Below, one piece after another: positions 39,140 through 48,905 of a stretch of 64,000 nucleotides of DNA (the first letter of the stretch is position 1; each line of letters opens with the position of its first letter). A model generated the notes under the pieces. It was given only the letters and a program-made list of their open reading frames with translations. It did no database searches and was not told the origin of the DNA. Source of the DNA: Vampirovibrionaceae bacterium NZW_1234 (GTDB lineage Bacteria; Cyanobacteriota; Vampirovibrionia; Vampirovibrionales; JAGQHJ01); contig JBGUGD010000001.1 in the NCBI GenBank assembly GCA_041697335.1, forward strand, positions 96,001 to 160,000, given 5' to 3'. The position numbers and the translations under genes were made by a program.

Positions 39140-41434
39140 CTATTCCTTTCGTTCGTCATTGGGGAGTACGATGGTGAAGCAGGTTCCCTTGTTCGGGACG
39201 GTGTCGACCTCAATGCTTCCCTGGTGCAGTTCGACAATCATTTTACAAATGTATAATCCCAAGCCTGTTCCAATTTTACGACGAGCCTGATCGCCTTTGT
39301 AGTACTGTTCGAAGATATAGGGCAAGATTTCCGGCGGAATCCCCGGGCCGGTATCTTGCACAATGAGCCGTGAACTCCGGGGGCCGTGGGTGAGGCTAAT
39401 GGAAATGCTGGAACCTGATGGGCAATTCTGTAGTGCGTTGCCGATGAGGTTGGTTAACACCCGTTTCATCAGCAGATAATCCGCCAATAGGGGAGCCGAA
39501 TGATTTGGAATATCGTTGATGAGCTCGATACCTTTGGCTTTGGATAATTCCTGGAGTTCAATGAAGCTTTCCTCAATCAGCACGTGGGGTGAAATGTTCT
39601 GCTTGTACGCTTTGGTAACCCCTTCTTCCAGTTGGTAGACATCCAAGAGCCGGTTAACCATGTCCAGCAAGCTGCTGTTGTTCTTGATAAACCCGTCCAG
39701 AAGCGAAAATAACCGCTTGTCTTCAGAAAAAGGAGAATTCTCATGCAGGACTTCCAGAATACGCTGCTGAGCAATCAAGGGGGTGCGTAGGTCATGGGTC
39801 AGGGCGGACACAAATTTTCGACGTTGCTTGGTTTTCTGGTTCAGCCTTTCCAGGGCGTCCAAGTACTGGTCTTCCAGCAGCTTGCGATCCGTAAAGTCCC
39901 GCGCCACGGCATAAATGTAGTCTTTGTTGCTATCAGAACTGGCATTCCACAGCAGCCATTTTAACGTTCCATCCTTGCAGATATAGCGGTTCTCGAAGTT
40001 GGTGACGGTTCGCCCCTGGGCCAAGGCGCTCATGACGTGGAGGGTGCGATCATGATCATCCGGGTGAACAAAATTCATAAAGGGCGAGCCCAGGAGTTCG
40101 GCCTCGCTATAACCTAAAATTCGACTAAACTCCGGGTTAACCTGATGGAAATAGCCGTCGGCCCTGGCCACGCACATCATATCGGCGGACAGGGAAAAGA
40201 GATTCTCAATTTGTCGAAGTTGGTGCGTGGTGTGCTTTAGTTCGTCTTCCAACTGCTTGCGTTGATTCATGTCTCGAACAAAGCAGAAATAGCCCAGGGT
40301 TTCTCCATTGACATCGACACTTTTAACCAGCGCAATGGCCTGATGGGTGAGCGAGCCATCTTTTCGAATCAATCGGGCTTCTACGTCGATGCGGTCCTGG
40401 GTAAAGAGTTTTTCACCGGCTTTAACCAGCGCTGGTCTGTCATCGGGGTAAACAAAGGGTTCCCAAAACAGGCCAACCAATTCTTGGGGCTGGTATCCCA
40501 GCTCACGGGCATAGGTTTGGTTGACGGATAAATAGTGGCCCTGGCTGTCCATAATACTGATGCCTTCCAAGGCATTGTCCATAACCACGGCATAGCGCTG
40601 GAGAATGGTGTGCATCCGCTTTTGCTCGGTAATATCCTCGGAAATGCCCAATAAATAGGCCGGTTCGTGATTTTCATCGAATAAAGGCACCTTTTTCGTG
40701 TGCAACAAGCGTACTGCGCCATCCTGAACCGTAATGCGTTCTTCCGGAATGTCATGAAGGATTTTGTGGTTGAGCACGTCTCTGTCTGCGGAGGTAAAGA
40801 ATTGAGCCTGCTCTGCCGGAAAGACGTCGAAGTCGTTTTTACCCAGCAAATGCTCTCGCTGGATGCCCAGGAGATCTTCGCCTGCTTTATTGATGAGGAC
40901 AAACCGAAGCTCTTTGGATTCTTTGACAAAGACCATGTTGGGGATATTTTCCACAATGGAGTTCAGCAGTCTCAGCTCATCCTGGGTATTTTGCGACGAG
41001 GTGAGGCTTTGCACCGTGATTTCCTCACAAGTACCCATGGCCTGACGCAATTGACCCGACTCATCGAAGACCGGCCACAGGGTAATCTCGTGCATCACCG
41101 GGCCTTTGTGGGGGTGGGTGGACGAGAGGCGTTGCCGGAAGGTTCGGTTGGCCTTTAACGTTGAAATCAGTTCTTGGATAAAGGCTTGTGGGGGTGCAGG
41201 CGAATAGAATTCGGTCAAAGGAAGGGGTAATGCGCTTTGTTGAACCTGGGGCAGCAGGTCACTGAATTCGGGGCTTACATAGGAAACACAGGGGACAGGA
41301 AAAATCGGGCTGAGGGTGAACATGCCTTTTACAGGAACGCTCTCTTGAGCATGGGTGCTCGAGCACTTCGGAACGTGTTGCTGGTGTTGTTGAGAATGCG
41401 GGGACATGCGATTGAATGTAACCTGTATTGGCAC
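39140..41434 (-). CDS. Cytoplasmic multi-PAS sensor histidine kinase
   Basis: Three clear PAS/PAC units, H-box THDLRTPL, N/G boxes (NLIGNA, DTGPGI, GTGLGL); start uncertain (41434 or 41407). Confidence 0.92.
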   Translation of the reverse strand: MPIQVTFNRMSPHSQQHQQHVPKCSSTHAQESVPVKGMFTLSPIFPVPCVSYVSPEFSDLLPQVQQSALPLPLTEFYSPAPPQAFIQELISTLKANRTFRQRLSSTHPHKGPVMHEITLWPVFDESGQLRQAMGTCEEITVQSLTSSQNTQDELRLLNSIVENIPNMVFVKESKELRFVLINKAGEDLLGIQREHLLGKNDFDVFPAEQAQFFTSADRDVLNHKILHDIPEERITVQDGAVRLLHTKKVPLFDENHEPAYLLGISEDITEQKRMHTILQRYAVVMDNALEGISIMDSQGHYLSVNQTYARELGYQPQELVGLFWEPFVYPDDRPALVKAGEKLFTQDRIDVEARLIRKDGSLTHQAIALVKSVDVNGETLGYFCFVRDMNQRKQLEDELKHTTHQLRQIENLFSLSADMMCVARADGYFHQVNPEFSRILGYSEAELLGSPFMNFVHPDDHDRTLHVMSALAQGRTVTNFENRYICKDGTLKWLLWNASSDSNKDYIYAVARDFTDRKLLEDQYLDALERLNQKTKQRRKFVSALTHDLRTPLIAQQRILEVLHENSPFSEDKRLFSLLDGFIKNNSSLLDMVNRLLDVYQLEEGVTKAYKQNISPHVLIEESFIELQELSKAKGIELINDIPNHSAPLLADYLLMKRVLTNLIGNALQNCPSGSSISISLTHGPRSSRLIVQDTGPGIPPEILPYIFEQYYKGDQARRKIGTGLGLYICKMIVELHQGSIEVDTVPNKGTCFTIVLPNDERKE

Positions 41435-41667
41435 TAACCGGACTTTGGAGCCCTATGTTTATTATACAAAATACAAAACCCACCTCGGTCGGGCTTGCCC
41501 CAATCCAAGGCTGCAGGCTTGACGCTTCCCAAGGGTTGGTAATAAGGGCTTATGCCTAGTGTATAGTGCTTTACACAAAAAAACGAGTTTCACTCCATTG
41601 CGAACGTCATGCAAGAGGCATCCCTGTTTTCAGTTTTAGGGCCGTTTGGGCTTGAGATTACTTGCCG

Positions 41668-42198
41668 TTAGTGGGTTTGGCTGACCCCAAAGGAGGTATA
41701 CTCCTCGCTTATATCCGGGATGTCTCCGGGTGCTTCCTGGGGCTGCAAGACTTTGGCACTCGGGGTCAGATCCCGTTGCAGGAGGCTTTGGAAACGGTCC
41801 AGGTCGTCAACGACGAGCAACTCCAAATGCGGATAGTGGCGCTTTTTAAACTCCTGGGAACGGGGATTTCGCTCATCCACGCAAATGCTATAGGTCATCC
41901 GGCAGGCGGTCGTATCGATGGCTTCAAAATGCACCTGAATGGACAGGGCGACCGGTCCATTGGGTTCGCTCTGCCACGATAGGGTTTCCGGAAAATCCAG
42001 GGTATCCCGGCGCATCTTCCAGTGATACTGACGCTGATCCGTTCCGGTTTCGAACCATTCAAACACGTTGGGGGCTTTCGTTGGGCGCACGTCTGTGACT
42101 CGGTTCATAAAGCGAGGGATATTGTCCGGATTGGCCATAAAGGTATAACACAACGCTTGAGGGGCTTTGACCATCAATATCTTGGTTACCGAATCCAT
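41668..42198 (-). CDS. SRPBCC (polyketide cyclase/START-like) family protein
   Basis: V.AP...Y.F.A.P.NIPRFM and DL.RF..LL patterns; GGAGG RBS. Confidence 0.75.
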   Translation of the reverse strand: MDSVTKILMVKAPQALCYTFMANPDNIPRFMNRVTDVRPTKAPNVFEWFETGTDQRQYHWKMRRDTLDFPETLSWQSEPNGPVALSIQVHFEAIDTTACRMTYSICVDERNPRSQEFKKRHYPHLELLVVDDLDRFQSLLQRDLTPSAKVLQPQEAPGDIPDISEEYTSFGVSQTH

Positions 42199-42553
42199 TT
42201 TTCACCCTCCTCGTCTCTGTTGCTTCTCTCGTCGTGGAAAGACACACGTAGGGGTAGTGTAAGGGGTGCCCCCCAGAAATGCTATTCCAATGCAGGGCAA
42301 TTTGTTGCTTATGGTGGCAGTGCCGGGTTCGCTTTTGAGGAGAGTCTTCGCCACAGGGGCTTGCTAAATTCCTCATTAGCGTAGCGCAATGATATTATCA
42401 TGGAATGCCTAAGGCTGCTTTCAGAGGCGCTCACGCCAGGTCGAAATTGCTCTTCCTGCTAATAGAGGCATGTCGGGTGATCGTATACGATAGGCCACTG
42501 AAAAAGTGTCTTTTTCGATATGTCGCGTAATAACTTCAAAAAAGGAGTGTCGG

Positions 42554-43048
42554 ATGATGCTACGAAGATTAGGTTTTCTCTCTCTCGGGCTGTCGATGGT
42601 GATGTCAATTTTTATGACAAATCCTGCGATGGCATTGAACGATGATGTGGCCGCAACGCTGACGATGACCCGGCAAGGTGCAGGCGAATTTGTGGTGGAT
42701 GATTTGGATGTGGGTGATACCCTGATCCTGACCCTGGTGAATCCTACAAACAAGCCGTTGCAGTTCGAAACCACGGAAAACGTCTTTAACCAGAAGAGCT
42801 TTGTGGTTCCGGCCAATAGCCAGCGAGTCGTGACCTTTAATTACACCAAGCCGTTTTCCGATGATGTGACCTACGTAATTCGTGAAGTGGCTCCTTCCAA
42901 TGTGGAAGTTGCCCGCAACGTCCTGATTCATCGTGAAACCACCACACAAACCACCCAGACGGGCCCCAACCAATATACTGAAACACAAACCACCCGAACC
43001 ACCACCACACAAACCGGTGGAACCACCAACGTCCGGGGCTACTGGTAA
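42554..43048 (+). CDS. Exported beta-rich protein with Thr-rich tail ending VRGYW
   Basis: AAGGAG RBS; signal peptide ending AMA. Confidence 0.8.
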   Translation: MMLRRLGFLSLGLSMVMSIFMTNPAMALNDDVAATLTMTRQGAGEFVVDDLDVGDTLILTLVNPTNKPLQFETTENVFNQKSFVVPANSQRVVTFNYTKPFSDDVTYVIREVAPSNVEVARNVLIHRETTTQTTQTGPNQYTETQTTRTTTTQTGGTTNVRGYW

Positions 43049-43074
43049 GTCTCTGACATTTTTGATGAGAAACA

Positions 43075-43107
43075 AAACGAGCGGTTCTGAAGAAGAACCG
43101 CTCGTTT
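43075..43107. terminator. Bidirectional terminator between convergent genes
   Basis: AAACGAGCGGTTCT-N5-AGAACCGCTCGTTT perfect 14-bp stem. Confidence 0.8.
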
Positions 43108-43134
43108 AAATTTTACTGAATCCGACAGGTGGGT

Positions 43135-43710
43135 TTAGAGTCGGGTAATTTTGGTGCCTTCCAGGCTGAGGTTATACATCAACCCCTTCTGGTCGGTCAC
43201 AAAGGCCACAACCGGTTTGTTCTCCAAACTTTTGGTATCGATGTTCCCTTCGGCCCCAACGGTAATGACGGCAACCGAAGCATCCAAACCAATCTCCCAA
43301 CCCTTGCTGTTTAAGAACTCATTCAAAGCTTGCTGGGTTAAGAAAGCCAGGATAACCGACTTGCGCTGTCCACCCAGCTGAAACCCGACGGAACCGGAGG
43401 TCATCCGATAGAAGCCGTGTTCCTTGCCTTTAATCATCAGGGCTCCTTTACCGTATTCTCCGCCAATGGCAAAGATACCGGCCTGATAGACCTTGGGGAA
43501 AACTAATACACCAGCCGCCCGTTGAACAACGTTGTAGGCGCTACGGTTTTTTTCCTGAAGATTCTGTAAGGTATCCCGGGCATCTTCGCGGATCCGTGAT
43601 TTGGATTGGGCTTCAGCACTGGGCATCATAAAGAAGATGCTGGCCAGTAACGCCATGATAAACGTAAGCGCTGCAACGCGCTTGAATGAACTCAATTTGA
43701 ATCGTTTCAT
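43135..43710 (-). CDS. YSC84/SYLF lipid-binding domain protein, exported
   Basis: GVLVFP, GGEYGKG, SVGFQLGGQ and GLMYNLSLEGTKI motifs. Confidence 0.88.
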   Translation of the reverse strand: MKRFKLSSFKRVAALTFIMALLASIFFMMPSAEAQSKSRIREDARDTLQNLQEKNRSAYNVVQRAAGVLVFPKVYQAGIFAIGGEYGKGALMIKGKEHGFYRMTSGSVGFQLGGQRKSVILAFLTQQALNEFLNSKGWEIGLDASVAVITVGAEGNIDTKSLENKPVVAFVTDQKGLMYNLSLEGTKITRL

Positions 43711-43917
43711 TAATTTCCTCTCCTTGTGGTTAATACAGGGTCTACGCTAAGATTTACGCATTATGGTACTGAGTCGAGAGACCTCAGCATAGTGGTTTTC
43801 TCATATGGCTGTGAGTACCTAGATGGCTAGGTCGGGGGCTACCCAAATAGGGAATTTTCACATTTCAATCCCAGACTAGGCTTAAAAAATAGTGATCCGT
43901 AATTAGGTAATTTGACG

Positions 43918-44472
43918 ATGAAACATGCCTTGACCCTGAGTTTGTTGATGTTACTCCTGCCCTTGTCCTCATTGGCGGAAGAGGTCACGTTAAAAGGGGG
44001 TATCAAGTGGGATGAGGAAAGAGCCCGGACCTATGCCTTAAAACACTTGAACCCGGAGATTGATACCGCTCACTTCCAGGCGGTGGATCCAATTTACCGG
44101 CAAAATTCCCTGTTGCCTCATGAATTGCCGGAAACTTTGCGCCAGGCGTTTCGACAAGTCACCTTTTTTAACAGTGGGGATTACTCGGTGGTGTACGATG
44201 GCGAGAACATCGTGCATTATTACACCCAACAAGGGGACTTGTTAAAAGTCTCTATTTGCTCCACGCCTTTTGGACCAGAAACGGATTATTCCAGCTACCC
44301 GCGCAAGTGCGTGGAATACGGCTATCCCGAGGGTCGCATTATCACGGTCAGTATGGATGTTTCGCCAAAAGAATCCTTTGTGTTTTCGCCCTCGGGTGAA
44401 TTGAAAAACCATTGGGTGGGCGAACAGTGCTTTGATGACTGTGGCAACGAGATCCTGAAGCGCCAACAGTAG
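43918..44472 (+). CDS. Exported hypothetical protein
   Basis: Signal peptide MKHALTLSLL...SLA. Confidence 0.75.
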   Translation: MKHALTLSLLMLLLPLSSLAEEVTLKGGIKWDEERARTYALKHLNPEIDTAHFQAVDPIYRQNSLLPHELPETLRQAFRQVTFFNSGDYSVVYDGENIVHYYTQQGDLLKVSICSTPFGPETDYSSYPRKCVEYGYPEGRIITVSMDVSPKESFVFSPSGELKNHWVGEQCFDDCGNEILKRQQ

Positions 44473-44502
44473 TCCGCTAAGCCCCTTTGGACTCAGTTGG
44501 GT

Positions 44503-47500
44503 TTAGACCGAGTGTGTCGCCGTCATGAGGTCGTCTTTGCCTCGCAGCCATCGGCCCAGTCGCTGGTGGGTCTGGTTGACCAGGATGTAGAAGACCGGAA
44601 TCACGTACAAGCTAAAGACGGTTGAGAAGACCATGCCGCCAAAGACACCGATGCTTAAGGAATGGCGACTGCCGGAACCGGCGCCTTCAGAAAGCATCAA
44701 CGGCAGAATCCCGATAATAAAGGCCAGAGAGGTCATCAAAATGGGACGCAAACGAATCTGGGCTGCCTCAACCACGGCATCCTGCAAGGTCATGCCTTGC
44801 TGACGCAGCTGGTTGGCAAACTCCACGATCAGGATGGCATTCTTGCTGGACAGCCCAATGAGCATGACCAGACCAATCTGGAAGAAAATGTCGTTTTGCT
44901 GCCCGGCCAGCCATTGGGCCAGGGCCGCTCCCAGCACGGCCAGGGGGACGGCCAGCATAATGATGAACGGATCCCAGACACTCTCGTACTGGGCAGCCAG
45001 AATCAAGAAGACCAGCAGAAAGCCCAGACCAAAGATGAGCAGCACCTGTGAACCCGATTCCAACACCTCTTTGGAAATCCCGGCCCATTCGTAGTCCGAA
45101 CCATTGGGCATTACGGGTTTGGCTATCTTGAGCAGAGCATCCATGGCTTGCCCGGTGCTGTAGCCTGCACGAGAGGACCCGGCAATCTCGATATTTCGGA
45201 ACAGGTTGTAGTGGAAAATCTGTTGCGGGGCCGAAGTCTGGGTGACCTTGACCAGGTTCTCCATGGGGATCAGCTTGTTATTGAGGGATTTGACCTGGAG
45301 GTTGTGAATATCACCCGGTTCGCGCCGGAAGGGCTGATCGGCCTGCAGATAGACCCGATAGACCCGGTTCATATAGTTAAAGTCGTTCACATAATTCGAC
45401 CCCAGGTAGGTTTGCAGGGTGTCTGCAATGCGGTCCACCGGCACACCCAGGGCTTCGGCTTTATCGCGCTGGATATCGATGTCCACGATGGGGCTGTTGG
45501 GGGTAAAGTTGGCGAAGACCGCGACCATTTCCGGGCGCTGATTGGCTTGAAACATAATGCTGTTGGCGGCTTTGGCCATGTCATCGAAGGTCAGGGTGCC
45601 GCTTTTATCGAGAAATTCAAACTGGACATCCCCGTAATCGCCATAGCCCTGGACCGGAGGCGGAGTAAAGGGGATGACGGTCGCTTCCGGAATACTCATC
45701 AGCTTGGGCTGAAGGCGAGCCACAATGGCATTGACCGTATGTTCATGGCCTTTACGCTCTTCATAGCCTTTGAGGGTTGGAAAGATGGCCCCCCGGTTGG
45801 GGCTGGGAGCCGATAAACTGAACCCGGCCACTTCAAAGGTTCCCAGCACATCGGGATCCTCTTGAATAATCCGGGCGGCCTTGGTCACGATGCGGCTGGT
45901 GTATTCAGCCGAGGCGCCCACGGGAGCCTGAATGTCCACAATAAAGTATCCTTGATCTTCGTTGGGGACGAAGCCGGACGGAATAATTTTGAACAGAACG
46001 ACCACGCTGGCCAGGGAGAGGCCAAAGAAGGCCAGAACCCAGGGCTTATATCTCAGAACACTGACCAGGGTGCGCTGATAGGTCCGCCGGATGAGATCCA
46101 AAACCCCTTCCACGGCCCGAAAGAAGCGATTATCCTGATCCGTGTGCCCGGTTGACATCAGTCGGGCCGAGAGCATGGGCGTCAGGGTCAAGGCCACAAA
46201 GAGGGAGATGAGAATAGACACGGCAATGGTCAGGGAGAACTGCCGGTAGAAGACCCCGGTACTGCCCGGAAAGAACATGACGGGAATAAAAACCGCCACC
46301 AAGACCAATGAGGAGGCGATGACGGCACTGACCACTTCTTTCATGGCCAGAGGCGCCGCCTGCATGGCCGAAATCTTGCGCTCTTCCACGTAGCGGGCAA
46401 TGTTTTCGATGACGACGATAGCGTCATCGACCACCAGGCCGGTGGCCAGGATGATGCCGAACAGGGTCAGCGCATTAATGCTGAAGCCAAAAAGCTTGAT
46501 AAAGGCAAAGGTGCCAATCAGGGAGACGGGGATCGCAATCGCCGGAATCAACGTGGTTCTGACCCGCTTGAGGAAAAGCAGGATGATGGCAATAACCAGT
46601 AGAATCGTGATGCCCAGTGTCAGCACGACTTCGTTGACGGTGTGGCCCACGATGCTGGTGGCGTCAAAGGCCATGGTGGTCTTCAGGCCCGGCGGGAATT
46701 TTTCGGCCAGACGGTTCATTTCCCGGGTAACGCCGGTACTGACCGCAAGGGCATTGGCGCCGTTGACAGGGGAGACCAGAATGCCCACCCCGGGATGGCT
46801 GTTGTAGTGGAAAATCGCGCTGTAGTCCTCGGCACCCAGCTCCACCCGGCCAATATCCCGGAGTTTGACCAGGGCGGTTCCCGAGGCGTTTCGCTTGAGG
46901 ACAATGTTTTCAAATTCCGTGGCGTCTTTGAGAAGGCCTCGGGCGTTGAGAGTAAATTGGGTGACCCGGCTGGGATCGCTGGGGGGCTGGCCGACTTGAC
47001 CGGCTGCAATCTGGATGTTTTGAGACCGGAGGGCTTGGGCCACATCCTGAGTCGACAGACCCCGCATGGCCAGGCGATTGGGATCGAGCCAAAGGCGCAT
47101 GGAGAAGCGCCGCTCGCCGATGAGCTGCACGTTGCCGACCCCGTCCACCCGTTTCAGGACGTCTTTGATGTAGCGATCGGCATAGTTGCTGATGAACAGC
47201 TCGTCATAGGCCCCGTTTTCCGAATACAAGGCCCCGGCCATCAAAATGGCGGCGGACTTGGTGACCTGAATCCCGACGTTGCGGACTTCTGCGGGCAAGC
47301 GTCCTTCGGCAGCATTAATGCGGTTCTGGACGTCGACGGCGGCCTGATCGATATCGGTCCCTTGCTTGAAGACAATGGTAATGGTGCTGGTGCCGTTGTC
47401 CGCACTGGTGGACTTGATGTAGTCCATGTTCTTGACCCCGTTAATCTCCCGCTCCAGCGGCTGGGTTACGGAAGATTCGACGACCTGGGCGTTTGCACCC

Positions 47501-47649
47501 GTGTAGGTGGCGTTCACCACAATCTGCGGCGGCGCAATGTTCGGGTAGAGTTCCACGGGTAACGTGGGAATGAAGACCAGGCCCACCAGCATAATGATAA
47601 TGGCGCAGACACTGGTGAAGATCGGGCGGCGAATAAAAAAGTGTAGCAT
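44503..47649 (-). CDS. RND efflux permease (AcrB/HAE1 family)
   Basis: FIRRPIF, GLVVDDAIVVIEN, KNAILIVEFA and RLRPILMTS motifs; 1048 aa. Confidence 0.96.
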   Translation of the reverse strand: MLHFFIRRPIFTSVCAIIIMLVGLVFIPTLPVELYPNIAPPQIVVNATYTGANAQVVESSVTQPLEREINGVKNMDYIKSTSADNGTSTITIVFKQGTDIDQAAVDVQNRINAAEGRLPAEVRNVGIQVTKSAAILMAGALYSENGAYDELFISNYADRYIKDVLKRVDGVGNVQLIGERRFSMRLWLDPNRLAMRGLSTQDVAQALRSQNIQIAAGQVGQPPSDPSRVTQFTLNARGLLKDATEFENIVLKRNASGTALVKLRDIGRVELGAEDYSAIFHYNSHPGVGILVSPVNGANALAVSTGVTREMNRLAEKFPPGLKTTMAFDATSIVGHTVNEVVLTLGITILLVIAIILLFLKRVRTTLIPAIAIPVSLIGTFAFIKLFGFSINALTLFGIILATGLVVDDAIVVIENIARYVEERKISAMQAAPLAMKEVVSAVIASSLVLVAVFIPVMFFPGSTGVFYRQFSLTIAVSILISLFVALTLTPMLSARLMSTGHTDQDNRFFRAVEGVLDLIRRTYQRTLVSVLRYKPWVLAFFGLSLASVVVLFKIIPSGFVPNEDQGYFIVDIQAPVGASAEYTSRIVTKAARIIQEDPDVLGTFEVAGFSLSAPSPNRGAIFPTLKGYEERKGHEHTVNAIVARLQPKLMSIPEATVIPFTPPPVQGYGDYGDVQFEFLDKSGTLTFDDMAKAANSIMFQANQRPEMVAVFANFTPNSPIVDIDIQRDKAEALGVPVDRIADTLQTYLGSNYVNDFNYMNRVYRVYLQADQPFRREPGDIHNLQVKSLNNKLIPMENLVKVTQTSAPQQIFHYNLFRNIEIAGSSRAGYSTGQAMDALLKIAKPVMPNGSDYEWAGISKEVLESGSQVLLIFGLGFLLVFLILAAQYESVWDPFIIMLAVPLAVLGAALAQWLAGQQNDIFFQIGLVMLIGLSSKNAILIVEFANQLRQQGMTLQDAVVEAAQIRLRPILMTSLAFIIGILPLMLSEGAGSGSRHSLSIGVFGGMVFSTVFSLYVIPVFYILVNQTHQRLGRWLRGKDDLMTATHSV

Positions 47650-48905
47650 CAGAAGGTTTTCTCAGTTTTGTCGGGGTGCGGTGCAATGGGCATACCATCG
47701 GCGAGCATTTGCATCCCGGTAACGATAATCTGCTCACCGGCTTTCAGGCCCGAGGTCACCACATAGCGGTTTCCTTGAAGGCCACCCAGGGTGACGGCTT
47801 GCTGATGGGCAACATAGCCTTTGGGGCCTGCGGCTTTGGGAACGAAAACGAAGTCCCGACCATTGTTCTTGACCACGGCCAGGGCGGGAATCAGCAACCC
47901 TTGGGAATGATTCCAAATAACCCGGGCCCGGTACTGTTGATCGGCACCCAACAGGTGTCGGGCATTGTTGATTAGGGCTTTGACCAGCAAGGTCTGGGTG
48001 TCGGGGTCGGTATTGGGGGCAATAAAGAACAGACGGCTTTCGGACAGGACTTTTCCGGCGCTGTCGAGGATCTGGACCGGGAGGTTGGACTGCAGGGCGG
48101 CCCGTTTTTCGGCAGGGACATACAGATAGGCTTCAATCGGGCCGGGATCGACCAGGGTCAGCAACGTGCTTTGGGGCGTGACATAGTCACCCACGTGAAC
48201 CGGCACATCACCGACCACGCCTTGAAACGGGGCTCTCACCCAAAACTGGCTCAAGCGCACCTGCTGTAGATTCACCTGGGCCTGGGATTGGAGCATGTTG
48301 GCCTTGCTTCGCTGAACAACGGCCTGCTGGGCCTTGATCTGGTTTGTGAGGTTGTCCACTTGAGACCGGGCCCGGGTGAGGGCGGCCTGGTATTGGTCTA
48401 ATTCATTGGGACTGGCGGCTTTCTGAGTGTAGAGCTGCTGGTAGCGATCGAATTGGCTTTGGGCGAGCTTCAGTTCGGCCTGGGCTGATTGCAGCTGCGC
48501 CTGTAACACCGGAACTTGGGCCTGGCTGGCCTGGCCTTCGGCAACGGCCACCCGGGTACCGGCCTGGGCACTTTGGACATTGGCTTGTTGTTCATTGGGC
48601 TCAATTTCGATCAGAACCTGACCTTGCCCCACCGCTTGCCCAGAGCGGACATTGACGCTCAAGACTCGCCCATCGACTTTGGGGGACAGGGTAATGGATT
48701 TTCGGGAGCGCAGGGTGGCCAGGTATTCGGAGGCCTCTTCCACATCGCCAATAGCCACCGGCTGGGTCGAGACGGGTAGCATCATGGGAGGTCCGCCTTG
48801 GGGTGGACCGGAGTGGCAGCCAGTGAACAGGCCGGAGACCATGACGCTCAATGCGAGGACGAAAGCGAGGGTTTTGTAGGGATGTTGAGGGCGGGTTGCG
48901 GGCAT
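47649..48905 (-). CDS. RND periplasmic adaptor (MFP) lipoprotein
   Basis: Lipobox FTGC, lipoyl halves, VRAPFQGVVG, SGLKAGEQII. Confidence 0.93.
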   Translation of the reverse strand: MPATRPQHPYKTLAFVLALSVMVSGLFTGCHSGPPQGGPPMMLPVSTQPVAIGDVEEASEYLATLRSRKSITLSPKVDGRVLSVNVRSGQAVGQGQVLIEIEPNEQQANVQSAQAGTRVAVAEGQASQAQVPVLQAQLQSAQAELKLAQSQFDRYQQLYTQKAASPNELDQYQAALTRARSQVDNLTNQIKAQQAVVQRSKANMLQSQAQVNLQQVRLSQFWVRAPFQGVVGDVPVHVGDYVTPQSTLLTLVDPGPIEAYLYVPAEKRAALQSNLPVQILDSAGKVLSESRLFFIAPNTDPDTQTLLVKALINNARHLLGADQQYRARVIWNHSQGLLIPALAVVKNNGRDFVFVPKAAGPKGYVAHQQAVTLGGLQGNRYVVTSGLKAGEQIIVTGMQMLADGMPIAPHPDKTEKTF

